Shown here: positions 1 through 9,777 of the stretch, in pieces
How the letters are laid out: each line of letters opens with the position of its first letter
How positions within the stretch are numbered: the stretch's first letter is position 1
Assembly: GCA_965658655.1 (NCBI GenBank)
Contig: CBFHTA010000001.1
Span: forward strand, 250,696 to 314,695
Reading direction: 5' to 3'
Length of the DNA stretch: 64,000 nucleotides
Source: Candidatus Babelota bacterium
GTDB lineage: Bacteria > Babelota > Babeliae > Babelales > CAIQNR01
The notes under the pieces: generated by a model
Database searches by the model: none
What the model was told of the DNA's origin: nothing
Seen by the model: only the letters and a program-made list of their open reading frames with translations
Program-made: the position numbers and the translations under genes

Positions 1-2
1 GG

Positions 3-677
3 TACGATTCTGTTGCGCTTGATGCCGACGTTGAACTTGGTGGGACGGACCAAACATTTAATTTGTTGATGGGTCGTTTCTTGCAAGAGCAGCACGACAA
101 AGAACCACAAGTTGTTTTGACTATGCCGTTACTTGAAGGTTTAGATGGTACTGAAAAAATGTCTAAGTCTCTTGGTAATTATATTGGTTTGGCTGAACCA
201 GCAGACAAAGCATTTGGTAAACTCATGTCTATTTCAGATAAACTTATGTGGCGCTATTTTGAGGTGTTGGTACAAATACCAGAAACAGATTTGCGAACAT
301 TGCAAAAAGAAGTAGCTGATGCTAAAAAACATCCTATGGATGTGAAAAAGCAGATGGCTCATGCTATTGTAACTGAGTTCTGGCCAGCGATTGATGCAAA
401 TAGAGCACAAACACAATTTGAAGATGTGTTTCAAAAGGGCGATCATTCTAAAGCTCAATCAGTTGAACTTGCAGTAGACACTAAGAATCCAATCTGGATT
501 GTAGAATTGCTTAAAGCGCTCGGTGCACTTAAGAGTTCTTCAGAAGCAAAACGCTTAATTGAAGGTGGCTCTGTGTCTATTGATGGTGAACAGGTTAAAG
601 ATTTTAAAGCAGAGATCTCTTGGAGTTCTGGTATGACTATTAAAGTGGGCAAGCATAGAATTTATACCTTAAGTTAA
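3..677 (+). CDS. tyrS: Tyrosyl-tRNA synthetase, C-terminal part (5' end lies outside the window)
   Basis: Frame 3 is open from the window edge ([25 protein letters not shown]). The class I KMSKS loop is present as [11 protein letters not shown]-terminal S4-like segment follows ([16 protein letters not shown]). Confidence 0.9.
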   Translation, partial: YDSVALDADVELGGTDQTFNLLMGRFLQEQHDKEPQVVLTMPLLEGLDGTEKMSKSLGNYIGLAEPADKAFGKLMSISDKLMWRYFEVLVQIPETDLRTLQKEVADAKKHPMDVKKQMAHAIVTEFWPAIDANRAQTQFEDVFQKGDHSKAQSVELAVDTKNPIWIVELLKALGALKSSSEAKRLIEGGSVSIDGEQVKDFKAEISWSSGMTIKVGKHRIYTLS

Positions 678-1717
678 TCGTTTGTTGTGTTTTCTATAGC
701 TTCTTTGATTTCACTTTCTATTCGTTTTTGAGTCGCGGCATCAATTGGCTTTGCATGGAAAGGAAAAAGGTTTAATCCTTTTCCTAGGTAGGGATCCGAG
801 GTCACCCAATTTTTAGGGTTGCTGCTTTCTATTGTATCAATGATTTCCCATCCTTCTGTTTGTAATAAGTTTTTAAGAAACATAATATGGGCTAATCCTG
901 CGTGTATAAGGAAAATAGAATGTGGTTGGAATTCTTTAGAGGCAAGCTCTTCCATAAGTCCAAGATCCATTGCAGCTGCCTTAATTTTTACAGGAACTAA
1001 TTCTTTTTCTTCAGATTTGTCATCTCTATTTTCATATTTATTTATCAATAACTGTGATTTTTCATAAGAGTCTTCATAGTGAGGACTGCTTTCTAAAATT
1101 GAGTTAATTATGCTTTGATAAATTGCTATGCATCTTTCTAAAGTTAATTCCTCATTTTCATTTATTTCTCGTATATCATAATTCCTTATTTTAAAATTAT
1201 GATTATTTTGAAAGCTAAAACTAGCCAGTGTTGGTCCATGTAGGTAGGCACTATGTGAATATAAAGTCTGCATAATAAGAGGGATTTTATTTATATTGCT
1301 TCTTTCTTCTTGTGAAGCATTAAGATGTGGTTCAGTTATTTCAGGGGTTATAAGTTTTTCAAGATTAGTTTCAGGGGTGTAAAGCAAAGGATTTAATGAT
1401 ACTCCTTGCCAGAAATTAGATAGTTTTTCTTGCCATGATAGATTCTTAGAAAGTAGTTTTTCTATTCCATAAGCACCTTCATGATAGACAACAACTGTGT
1501 TTGGTTTTTCTTCTTCTATTTTGTTTAATTTGCTTATGAGTTCTTTGAAGAAAGGTTCTTGTTCAGTAAGGGTAAAGGTTTTGTTTTCATGTATATCACC
1601 TATTAAAATGGCTCGTTTATCACCTCGTTCAAGAGTAACAATAAGATTTGCGTACCCAAACAGGCCCGAGAAACTTAAGCTTAAAAAAACTGATATTAAA
1701 ATTTTCTTCATGATCAA
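674..1717 (-). CDS. Secreted hypothetical protein, tentatively TraB/GumN/Tiki-like (GxxH motifs)
   Basis: N-terminal signal peptide ([21 protein letters not shown]). An early AILIGDIHE motif, a VVYHEG motif and a late [22 protein letters not shown] motif resemble the LlGTiH / E / vGagHl..L...Gy pattern of the TraB/GumN family. Distant paralog of 40319..41380. Confidence 0.4.
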   Translation of the reverse strand: MIMKKILISVFLSLSFSGLFGYANLIVTLERGDKRAILIGDIHENKTFTLTEQEPFFKELISKLNKIEEEKPNTVVVYHEGAYGIEKLLSKNLSWQEKLSNFWQGVSLNPLLYTPETNLEKLITPEITEPHLNASQEERSNINKIPLIMQTLYSHSAYLHGPTLASFSFQNNHNFKIRNYDIREINENEELTLERCIAIYQSIINSILESSPHYEDSYEKSQLLINKYENRDDKSEEKELVPVKIKAAAMDLGLMEELASKEFQPHSIFLIHAGLAHIMFLKNLLQTEGWEIIDTIESSNPKNWVTSDPYLGKGLNLFPFHAKPIDAATQKRIESEIKEAIENTTND

Positions 1718-1731
1718 CCTCCATAATCCAT

Positions 1732-1773
1732 TTAGGATTTAAATATACCAAATTAGGATTTAAATATACCAAA
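1732..1773. repeat. Perfect 21-bp tandem duplication (ttaggatttaaatataccaaa x2) in a divergent intergenic region
   Basis: Read directly: 1732-1752 and 1753-1773 are identical. It lies between the start of 674..1717 (-) and the next + strand gene. Confidence 0.9.
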
Positions 1774-1904
1774 AGAGAGCTTTTAAAAGCAAGAGTTTAA
1801 GCGGTTTGAGCTTATTTACAGAGGTCAGGCTTGAGGCTGTTGCTGTGGGATGCTGGTATGTTATCCTAAAGAGTGTATCTTGGGTTTTTACAGAGAGGGT
1901 TATT

Positions 1905-2348
1905 ATGATAACTACGCTTATTAAATTGATGTATTTTGATAAAGAAGGTGAAGGTAACACGTATTATCCGTTCCAATATTCATGTGGATATACGCTTACT
2001 AAGAAGAAAGAGACAAATATTATTAGAGCTATCATGGCGCAATGGGCAGGTATAGCTTTAATGGGTCTTGCAAAAACTTCTCTTTTTGAATACTTTTCTA
2101 AAGCAAAATCAGCGGTAAAACTTGTAACAAAAGTGAACGGTGTATTGGGTGGGTATAGTCAAGGAGCTTTAGTTCTTGGCGCAATTCTTTTTATAGGAAG
2201 TTTGATTGCTATTTATAACATTACGCAAAAAGCCCCTATTGTAGAACACCGCTTGCCATATACTATCGATCAAGCGTTAGCTATTACAGTGTACTGGATA
2301 GGATTAATTTGTTGCTTGGCTCCGATTGCTCTTTTATTTATTCGTTAA
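1905..2348 (+). CDS. Hypothetical integral membrane protein
   Basis: The ORF 1806..2348 begins with TTG. The internal ATG at 1905 has an upstream gagaggg SD-like sequence. Several hydrophobic spans are present (AGIALMGLAKTSLF, LVLGAILFIGSLIAIY, VYWIGLICCLAPIALLFI). Confidence 0.5.
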   Translation: MITTLIKLMYFDKEGEGNTYYPFQYSCGYTLTKKKETNIIRAIMAQWAGIALMGLAKTSLFEYFSKAKSAVKLVTKVNGVLGGYSQGALVLGAILFIGSLIAIYNITQKAPIVEHRLPYTIDQALAITVYWIGLICCLAPIALLFIR

Positions 2349-3035
2349 AAATTCTTTTTGATTAATAGGATGTGTTTCTAATAAGAACTCTTGAATCTTG
2401 TTAAAATGTTCTTGTTGCGCATCCTGATCTTTTTCAAATTCTGGGTTTCCATCTAAAATAAGTACCGGTACATCTTTTAAAGAGTCTAAAACATTCTCTT
2501 TGTTGAGTAAGTATCGTTCGTGTTGGTCATGCATTTGTTCGAAATATTTTAAAGGCACGGTTTCTTCACCTTTGCGGTTTCGTTGAACAGAGCGCTCAAA
2601 ACAAGTTTCAGGGTTTGATTTAACATAAATAAAGCCTTTAGGAGCAACACATTTTTTGGGAACCAAAAAGTCGAACCATTTATTATAGATATCCCATTCT
2701 GCGTCTGTCATAAATCCTTGTTCGTAGCCATTGCGAGCAAAACAATAATGCCCTGAATATAAAGACCGTTCCATTACTTTAAAAGGTCCAGGCATTTGTT
2801 GTACGCGTAAGTGTTCTTGTACACGGGCGATCATAGTGTAGGTTTCCATAGTGTATGCCCAGCGATTGCTATCACTGTAAAATCGAGCAAGTAAAGAATC
2901 TTCGTTATTGTGTTCTGTTGCCCATGCATCAACTGGTTCTTGAACTGCTTCTACATGAGGTAAGTTTTTTTGAATAAGTTTTAAAAGAGTCGATTTTCCA
3001 ATACCGTTGTTGCCTTCAAGAATATACATGGTCAC
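2334..3035 (-). CDS. Deoxynucleoside kinase (dCK/dGK/dNK family)
   Basis: P-loop ILEGNNGIGKSTLL, ERS motif (MERSLYSGHYCF) and arginine-rich lid (RNRKGEETVPLKYF). Size is about 230 aa. Confidence 0.8.
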   Translation of the reverse strand: MTMYILEGNNGIGKSTLLKLIQKNLPHVEAVQEPVDAWATEHNNEDSLLARFYSDSNRWAYTMETYTMIARVQEHLRVQQMPGPFKVMERSLYSGHYCFARNGYEQGFMTDAEWDIYNKWFDFLVPKKCVAPKGFIYVKSNPETCFERSVQRNRKGEETVPLKYFEQMHDQHERYLLNKENVLDSLKDVPVLILDGNPEFEKDQDAQQEHFNKIQEFLLETHPINQKEFLTNK

Positions 3036-3090
3036 CTCTATAAATAATCTAGAATAGAATTTAGATACTTAAAGTATAATAAAAAACTGG

Positions 3091-4272
3091 CTACACAACA
3101 ATTCGTTTTAGTAATGGATTAATACGAGTAGTTATTTCATAATTAATAGTCTTGCAGTTTTCAGCAAGAGTTTCGGCAGAAATTTTTGAATCTGCTCCCA
3201 ATAATGTTGCAGTATCTTTTACTTTTGCGTTCTTAATATGTGTAATATCTACCACGATCATATTCATAGCAACTCGACCAATCACTTGAGCAAATTGGTT
3301 GTGTATTTTTACTACTGCTTTATTAGAAAGAGCTCTGTCGTATCCATCCCAATAGCCTACAGAAAGAACAGCCGTAATAATTTCTTGTTCTGTGGTAAAT
3401 GTTGCGTTGTATCCTATAACGCTATTGGCAGGAATTTTTTTAATCGCAATAATTTTAGTTTTCCATGTAAGGACTTGTTGTAAAGAGAAATTTTGATGAG
3501 TGTTTAGGGTTTTCTTTCTGTTTTCCAATGAAGGCCAAAGGCCGTACAATCCAATGCCAAAGCGAGCGAAATTATAGGCGGTGTTAAGCACAGAAAGCGC
3601 AGCAGAGCAGGAAAAATGCTTATAAGGTATAGCGGGGAATTGCTTAATTAATACGTTGAAATGTTGTTGTTGGAGCGGGCAATATTTGGATTCACTATCT
3701 TCTGCATCAATATAGTGAGAAAAAAGTGCAACAACGTTTAAGTTTGGTAGAGAAAGGCACTGTTTAATAAAAGCTTCTGCTTGAGTGTAATGTATACCCA
3801 GTCGAGACAAACCAGTATCAATTTTAATATGTACACGAGCTCGAGTACTCTGTTTTTGGGCAAGCGTATTAAGGGTTTTTGCTGTATCAACATCATAAAT
3901 AACAACATCAATATTGTTTTGAATGGCTTGTTTAAGTGGTATGTCTAAAATGCTTAAAACAAGAATGGGTTTGGTGATTTGTTGTGAACGTAAAAAAAGA
4001 GCTTCAGATAAACTGACTACGCAGAGATAGTTTATTAAATTTGTTTTTTCCAACATCTGTGCAACTTCTAATAGGCCGTGTCCGTAGGCGTTGCCTTTAA
4101 TTACGGGAGCAAGAAGAGTGTGTGGCGGAACTATTTGTTTGTATTGATTAATGTTGTGCAGAAGTGCTTGGGCAGAGATTTCTACCCAGGAATTTTGAGG
4201 GCAATAAAAAAGGGAAGCACGAAGCTTCCCTTGATCTTCTAAGTGGTTGTTTTTACTTGATGTTAACTGCAA
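3091..4272 (-). CDS. alr: Alanine racemase
   Basis: PLP-lysine motif VIKGNAYGHG. About 390 aa, with an N-terminal barrel-like region and a C-terminal beta domain (YGLWPS, VGYWDGY, GRVAMNMIVVD). Confidence 0.85.
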   Translation of the reverse strand: MQLTSSKNNHLEDQGKLRASLFYCPQNSWVEISAQALLHNINQYKQIVPPHTLLAPVIKGNAYGHGLLEVAQMLEKTNLINYLCVVSLSEALFLRSQQITKPILVLSILDIPLKQAIQNNIDVVIYDVDTAKTLNTLAQKQSTRARVHIKIDTGLSRLGIHYTQAEAFIKQCLSLPNLNVVALFSHYIDAEDSESKYCPLQQQHFNVLIKQFPAIPYKHFSCSAALSVLNTAYNFARFGIGLYGLWPSLENRKKTLNTHQNFSLQQVLTWKTKIIAIKKIPANSVIGYNATFTTEQEIITAVLSVGYWDGYDRALSNKAVVKIHNQFAQVIGRVAMNMIVVDITHIKNAKVKDTATLLGADSKISAETLAENCKTINYEITTRINPLLKRIVV

Positions 4273-4906
4273 CTTTGCGGACTTCCTTTTCAGGTGTTGG
4301 TTTCTTTGGAATTACAATTGTGAGAGTTTTGTCTGCTTTTGTAAAATCTGCAGAAAGTTTTTCTAGTTCTAGTTGGTCAAAGATGGTGCGTTGTATTACA
4401 GAGCTTTGAACCGCATTGCTTTCGGTTGAAGCGTCCTTGGTTACTTCTTCTCTATAGCCAATAATTTGAGCAACTAAAAGATTTCGATTAATGCTTCCAG
4501 AAATTTCAACACTGTTACCAGCATCTTTCATTTCGACTTTAAAAGTGTTATCTGTAACGGTGATGTTTGCATCTTTATTAGGTGTAATTTCACCAATTTG
4601 AGCGCTGATGAGTACTTTTTTTTCTTCATCCTTTACAAAGATGCTTGAGCGTTGGCTAGGAGATTCAAGAGCGTTTTTAACGCGTCCGGCACGGTGGCCA
4701 GCTTCTGTCCAGAGATCGTCAATTTCTTTCACAAACGATTCACCAAAGTTTGTGACTTCATTACCAACAGTTTTCATTTCTTCGCTAACTTTGTCCATCT
4801 CGTTGGCAATGCGGCGAAAAAGATCGCTTGGTTTGGCGGGTTGGGGCTCCTTGCCAATCGCTTGAGAAGCTAAAAGAAACAGAGAAAGTGAAAGTGTTTT
4901 TTTCAT
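4253..4906 (-). CDS. Signal-peptide protein with a possible Hsp20/alpha-crystallin-like domain
   Basis: Signal peptide MKKTLSLSLFLLASQAIG. The C-terminal half has an ACD-like pattern (VKDEEKKVLISAQIGEI...ANITVTDNTFKVEM ... LSADFTKADKTLTIVIPKK, compare A.y.nGvL.i.iPK). Confidence 0.4.
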   Translation of the reverse strand: MKKTLSLSLFLLASQAIGKEPQPAKPSDLFRRIANEMDKVSEEMKTVGNEVTNFGESFVKEIDDLWTEAGHRAGRVKNALESPSQRSSIFVKDEEKKVLISAQIGEITPNKDANITVTDNTFKVEMKDAGNSVEISGSINRNLLVAQIIGYREEVTKDASTESNAVQSSVIQRTIFDQLELEKLSADFTKADKTLTIVIPKKPTPEKEVRKVAVNIK

Positions 4907-4988
4907 AATGAATCCTCCTGAAAGAGTTAGTCATATGTTTCATCGAGGCAGTATACTCTTGTGTTCTTAAAATGCAACTGGGTGAATA

Positions 4989-5450
4989 TTACTGCTTTTC
5001 TTTGAACGGAATGGTGATTACTAGGCAATGATCATTACCTTCTTCAATTTCATATGTAGGTTGATATATAGATGGATCTTGTGGTAAAAAAGTGTGCATA
5101 CCAACAGGTCCATTGATTCCTAAGGGATGTTGCTCGCTAGGGAATGTGGAATAATTGGTAACTATTTTGTTCTGTGGTGCTAACCATTTGCAGCTAACAA
5201 AATATATAGTTCCAACTTCTAGTGCGAAGGCATTGAGATAATTACCGACTTCTTTAATTTGAGTGTCTTTTATACTCTCATAGCAATTTATTTTTATGAC
5301 TGCCCCTTTATTTGTTACTTTGTGTGAGCAGACAACATGATTATTTCTAATATAGCATCCAGGAGTACCCGGTTTTGCGATATTAACGGTTGAATCTGCA
5401 GCTTCTAATAAAGGAAGAAGCAAAAGAATGACTAATATTTTTTTTATCAT
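4989..5450 (-). CDS. Small secreted hypothetical protein
   Basis: Signal peptide MIKKILVILLLLPLLEA. Cys-containing, 153 aa. The C-terminal HCLVITIPFKEKQ resembles the C-terminus of 7149..7595. Confidence 0.55.
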   Translation of the reverse strand: MIKKILVILLLLPLLEAADSTVNIAKPGTPGCYIRNNHVVCSHKVTNKGAVIKINCYESIKDTQIKEVGNYLNAFALEVGTIYFVSCKWLAPQNKIVTNYSTFPSEQHPLGINGPVGMHTFLPQDPSIYQPTYEIEEGNDHCLVITIPFKEKQ

Positions 5451-5522
5451 GAGTTTTCTTATTAGAGTTAATTATACATTTTATTAAGTCAGCACATTTT
5501 TTAGGATTAAAATATAACATGG

Positions 5523-5996
5523 TCACTTGAAGTATCTTGAAATATCCGTTTTTTGGGTTCCTGGTATAACAAGAATATATTTATTGTTAGAGAGAAGTTT
5601 ATGGGAAGCTTTAACATCAAAAAAATTGCCTTCTACGCGAGGGGGTATCTCTAGTATGTTTTCTTGATCTGCAGGATTTAGTTTTTGTTTAAAATCAATC
5701 CTGTTTTGAAAAAAATAATTTAATTGGGCGACAATGCTACCATCTGCATGAATATTATAAACATTTCCGTCAGTTTCTCCGTTTGGGCCCGATAAAAAAG
5801 GACCTTTTTTTGAAGTAACGATGACTTTGAGATAACTGAGTCTATCTGTGTAGCATTCAAGTTTATAGTCTTCTCCATTATAGGATCCATAGAAAGGGGT
5901 TTCTGGTCTAGGGCATGCACTATATGACAAAGAAAAAATAAATAAAGAGAAGAGAAATGGTTTTTTCAAAAGAATACCTTTATGCGAATTATTCAA
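5523..5996 (-). CDS. Small secreted hypothetical protein
   Basis: Hydrophobic N-terminus (KKPFLFSLFIFSLSYSAC). 157 aa. No recognisable catalytic motif. Confidence 0.5.
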   Translation of the reverse strand: MNNSHKGILLKKPFLFSLFIFSLSYSACPRPETPFYGSYNGEDYKLECYTDRLSYLKVIVTSKKGPFLSGPNGETDGNVYNIHADGSIVAQLNYFFQNRIDFKQKLNPADQENILEIPPRVEGNFFDVKASHKLLSNNKYILVIPGTQKTDISRYFK

Positions 5997-6044
5997 AAAT
6001 TTTGATCTATGATATACTAAAAAGTACTAATTAGAAAGGATATC

Positions 6045-6782
6045 ATGGCAAAAACATTCAAGAAAAAGACAGTTTTAAGCGAGGTAGTATACGGAGTTCA
6101 TCCGGTTGTTGAACTTTTAAGGCAGAAACGCCGAAAGGTTCTTGATCTATTTATGCTTAATCCTGAGCCTAAAGCTTGGATGGAAATTCGTGATATGCTG
6201 CCTAAGTATCCAATTCGAATCCATAAAATGCCTAAGGAAGCGCTTTCTCAGCGATTAGGAACGACAGATCATCAAGGGATTGGTGCATTTGTACAGCCGT
6301 TTCCTTTCAGGAAAAAGTTCTTTGAGCCTAAAAAACAGCCATTTTTACTTCTTTTAGACGGTGTTCAAGATGTTAGGAACTTTGGTGCAATTGTTCGTTC
6401 AGCTTATTGCACGGGCGTTGATGGCATTATTGTTTGTAAAAGAAAAGGTGCTCCTTTAAGTGGTGCAAGCTTAAAAGCTTCTGCTGGGCTTGTTGAACGT
6501 ATGGAGATTTACCAATCTTCATCAATTAACAATGCGCTTCAAGAGCTTAAAGAAGCTGGATACAATTTATATGTTGCAGCTCTTTCTAAAAAAGCGAATG
6601 CTTTTACTCAAGACTATAAAAAACCACTTTGTTTGGTAATTGGTTCAGAAGGAACTGGTGTTTCTCCTGCAACTCTCAAAGCAGGAACGATTATCACGCT
6701 GCCACAAAAAGCAAAAGATGTTTCTTATAACGCTTCTGTAGCTGCTGGAATTTTACTTTCTGTTATTGGTCAACAGAGTTAA
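6045..6782 (+). CDS. rlmB: 23S rRNA (guanosine-2'-O)-methyltransferase, SpoU/TrmH family (RlmB-like)
   Basis: Substrate-binding N-domain (VYGVHPVVELL). SpoU motifs LLLDGVQDVRNFGAIVRSA, LVIGSEGTGVS and ITLPQKAKDVSYNASVAAGILL. Confidence 0.85.
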   Translation: MAKTFKKKTVLSEVVYGVHPVVELLRQKRRKVLDLFMLNPEPKAWMEIRDMLPKYPIRIHKMPKEALSQRLGTTDHQGIGAFVQPFPFRKKFFEPKKQPFLLLLDGVQDVRNFGAIVRSAYCTGVDGIIVCKRKGAPLSGASLKASAGLVERMEIYQSSSINNALQELKEAGYNLYVAALSKKANAFTQDYKKPLCLVIGSEGTGVSPATLKAGTIITLPQKAKDVSYNASVAAGILLSVIGQQS

Positions 6783-7135
6783 TACCATTTCTGTGGGAAG
6801 TAAGTTTTAAGTTCTGTTCTATTATGAAAAAAGGTTATTTTTGTTTTATAATAATCAGGATTAACGAGCAAAAAGTTGCCAGAGGTATTATTAATTAAGT
6901 GGTTAAAAAACACTTTACCATCTTGGCCTTCTACTTTTAATCCACCTCCTTCTGTACAAACATAATCTTTGCTTCTTTGTATTCGAATCTTTTCTTCTGA
7001 AGGTTCTTTCCCATAGAAAGTAAAGGTATTGGTATGGCTAGCTACAAAACCATTACGATCTAATTTGTTGAACGTTGATGAATGCCATAAAGATGAGCAA
7101 ATTAGTGCTGCAATTGTAGCTCCTAATACTTTCAT
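6779..7135 (-). CDS. Small secreted hypothetical protein
   Basis: Hydrophobic N-terminus MKVLGATIAALICSSLW. 118 aa. Confidence 0.45.
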   Translation of the reverse strand: MKVLGATIAALICSSLWHSSTFNKLDRNGFVASHTNTFTFYGKEPSEEKIRIQRSKDYVCTEGGGLKVEGQDGKVFFNHLINNTSGNFLLVNPDYYKTKITFFHNRTELKTYFPQKWY

Positions 7136-7148
7136 AAGAGCCTTTTAA

Positions 7149-7595
7149 TTAGTTAGATTTTATAAGTGGAATAGTCAAAAATAATGTATGTGCATCTACT
7201 ACAAAAAACATAATCTTTTCTAAGTCTAGTTTGTGCATAGGTATATAAGGTGCTCCAAAGGCTTTAGAAGATATGTCTTTAGGGTATGGGGTATCTGTTT
7301 GCAATAAGGCCACAGTAAAACACTGACGTGGGCCCGAAAAGCCATTGACTATAAACTGGGTATTATCGCGAGAGTTGGTGATTGCTATTTCAAAGTACTG
7401 ATCTTTGAGATTAGTGTTAAGTTTAATGTCTGAGCATCGAAGATCTGTATCATTAATAGTGAACATAAGCGCAATGGTTTGTCTTCCATCTCTATCATCA
7501 TACCCCCATTTTGTTTTATCGTGCGCAAATAAGGTGCTTCCAAGAAAAAAAGGCAGAAAAAATGCTAGAAAAAGAGATCGGTAGTGTTTGAACAT
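7149..7595 (-). CDS. Small secreted hypothetical protein
   Basis: Signal peptide (SLFLAFFLPFFLGSTLFA). Two Cys. The C-terminal HTLFLTIPLIKSN is similar to that of 4989..5450. Confidence 0.55.
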   Translation of the reverse strand: MFKHYRSLFLAFFLPFFLGSTLFAHDKTKWGYDDRDGRQTIALMFTINDTDLRCSDIKLNTNLKDQYFEIAITNSRDNTQFIVNGFSGPRQCFTVALLQTDTPYPKDISSKAFGAPYIPMHKLDLEKIMFFVVDAHTLFLTIPLIKSN

Positions 7596-7784
7596 CTGTA
7601 TAATCCTTAGATTTTGTATCGTTAAAATATCAAACTGCCTTGTAGATGGTAATACAGATTATCATAATCTGAGAATATTGGCAGACTTAAGGTTTTGCTT
7701 TTCTCCCCCTTAAATTATTGACTAATGTGAATCAAAACCTGTAAAAATAAAGGATAGGGTTTATGTTAGAAATTAGGGGAAAGT

Positions 7785-8522
7785 GTGAAGAAGTTCAGGG
7801 GCGTTGTTCAACTTACAGTTCTTTTTTTTATCTGCTGGGGTGTGCGCGGTTCTATTAAAAAAAGATATGCCGCTCCTTTGCCTAAAAAAATTTCAGTACA
7901 CTTAGACGCTCATTTTTCAAAAGAATTCAAAAACAAGGTGCAAGCGTTTGCCCATGAACATCAAAAGGTCTCGCTTTCTGCCAATTTGTTAAGTGAGTTG
8001 ATTAAAGAAACGTTTCCGGTTGTTGAATCGGTAACCCTTAGAAATTATTTGTCTGATCACGTTAAAGTTGTTTTAAGGGGTGGGCATCCGGTTGCATTGG
8101 TTAATGAAGATCTAGTGTTGGCGAGTAATAATGCGTTGGTATACCGTAGTGTTTATCCGTCTGAAAAATATAAAAATTTGCCTTTTTTGCATGTTGCTCA
8201 GTCTTCAAAAGATAAAAAACAGCTTTACCTTTCAGATGCCTGTAAAAAATTTATCAAAACGTTTGACCGTTCTTTGTTGCAAGAGTACGAAATGCAATGG
8301 ATCAATGAAACGTTGATTCAATTGCGAGACCGTAAGCATCAAAAGCTTACTTTATTGATAGACGTACAAACCGAAGTAACAGATGAGGTTAAAGCAGCAT
8401 ATGGGCGTATACGAGATAAAAAATTGCACCAACAAGCTAAGCTTAAAAGGGGGCGTGGCTGGTTTGTTGATGCTCGGTTTAGGAATCAAATGATAGTCTT
8501 TCTAAGGGGGGAAAAGGTATGA
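7785..8522 (+). CDS. ftsQ: Cell division protein FtsQ-like (call rests mainly on position)
   Basis: GTG start with an upstream GGGGA. Single N-terminal TM (VVQLTVLFFICWGV). Lies immediately upstream of ftsA-ftsZ and overlaps ftsA by 4 nt. Size (245 aa) and topology fit FtsQ/DivIB. Confidence 0.6.
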   Translation: MKKFRGVVQLTVLFFICWGVRGSIKKRYAAPLPKKISVHLDAHFSKEFKNKVQAFAHEHQKVSLSANLLSELIKETFPVVESVTLRNYLSDHVKVVLRGGHPVALVNEDLVLASNNALVYRSVYPSEKYKNLPFLHVAQSSKDKKQLYLSDACKKFIKTFDRSLLQEYEMQWINETLIQLRDRKHQKLTLLIDVQTEVTDEVKAAYGRIRDKKLHQQAKLKRGRGWFVDARFRNQMIVFLRGEKV

Positions 8523-9754
8523 AAAAAGTTTTTGCTGACAAAATTGTGTCAGCTATAGACATTGGAACCACCAAGATTTGTGTATTAATCGGCCATAAGC
8601 TTGGCGATGGTCAGGTAGAAATACTGGGTGTAGGAAAAGTGCCATCAGAAGGTTTGAAAAAAGGTGTGGTTGTGGATATTGCCAAAACGGTGCGCTCGAT
8701 TCGAGCTGCTGTGAAAGAGGCAGAATTAATGGCAGACATGACGATTGAATCTGCAGTTGTAGGAATTGCTGGGGCACATATTACGTCTCGTAATGCATAC
8801 GGTGCAGTGCCGATTGAAAAAGGTCAAGTGACCGATGAAGATATTTCGGCAGTTGTTGCTGCAGCTAAAGCAGTTCCACTTGCAGAAGGCCAACAAGTGC
8901 TTCATGTGCTTCCACAGTTTTTTAGCATTGATGGTTCAGATAGAATTCAAGATCCACTAGGAATGCATGGAATTCGACTCGAGGCGCAAGTTCACATGGT
9001 AACTGGTGGCATTACTTCAGTTCAAAATTTAGTGACCTGCTGTGAGCGTGCTGGTGTAAAAGTACAAGATGTAGTGCTTGAGCAACTTGCTTCTGCCCAA
9101 GCAGTTCTCAACCAAGATGAGCGTGAGTTGGGTGTGGGCGTTATTGATATTGGCGGTGGAACTTCTGATTTGGCTTTGTATCAAAATGGAAGCATTCGTC
9201 ATACAATGGTGCTTCCCATAGCTGGGAACCATTTTACCAATGACCTTGCAATAGGATTGCGTGTTACAGTCAGTGATGCTGAACGCGTTAAGCGAGAATA
9301 TGGACTTGCAAGCACCGATTTGTTATTAGAAGACAAAGAGGTAGAAGTAGAGATGGTCCAAGGGGGAAGGAGACAAATGACAAACACAAACACAATTGCC
9401 GAAATTCTCGAACCGCGAGCACAAGAGCTTCTTTCTATTATTCATGAAGAAGTTATTGCTCGTAACATGCAAGGTTTGCTTGTCTCAGGATTAGTTATTA
9501 CCGGCGGCGGATCTCTACTCGATGGCATCAAAGAAGTTGCAGAGTCTCTTTTTGAGGTTCCTGTACGAATAGGAAAACCAAAAATTGTGCATGATGATCC
9601 AGAGATTTTAGGGAATCCGATTTATGCAACAGGCTACGGTCTTCTTCTTTATGCGACCAAAAAGAATCATGGCGGCGGGCTCTTTGATGATGATCAAAAA
9701 GGAGTTGCGCGTCTTTTAACACGAATGAAATCATGGGTATCTGATTTCTTTTAG
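8519..9754 (+). CDS. ftsA: Cell division protein FtsA
   Basis: Actin-fold phosphate motifs (AIDIGTTKICVLIG, GVIDIGGGTSDLALY, VITGGGSLLDGI). Position directly upstream of ftsZ. Confidence 0.92.
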   Translation: MKKVFADKIVSAIDIGTTKICVLIGHKLGDGQVEILGVGKVPSEGLKKGVVVDIAKTVRSIRAAVKEAELMADMTIESAVVGIAGAHITSRNAYGAVPIEKGQVTDEDISAVVAAAKAVPLAEGQQVLHVLPQFFSIDGSDRIQDPLGMHGIRLEAQVHMVTGGITSVQNLVTCCERAGVKVQDVVLEQLASAQAVLNQDERELGVGVIDIGGGTSDLALYQNGSIRHTMVLPIAGNHFTNDLAIGLRVTVSDAERVKREYGLASTDLLLEDKEVEVEMVQGGRRQMTNTNTIAEILEPRAQELLSIIHEEVIARNMQGLLVSGLVITGGGSLLDGIKEVAESLFEVPVRIGKPKIVHDDPEILGNPIYATGYGLLLYATKKNHGGGLFDDDQKGVARLLTRMKSWVSDFF

Positions 9755-9777
9755 ATCTCAAAAAAAAGGAGAGCACA

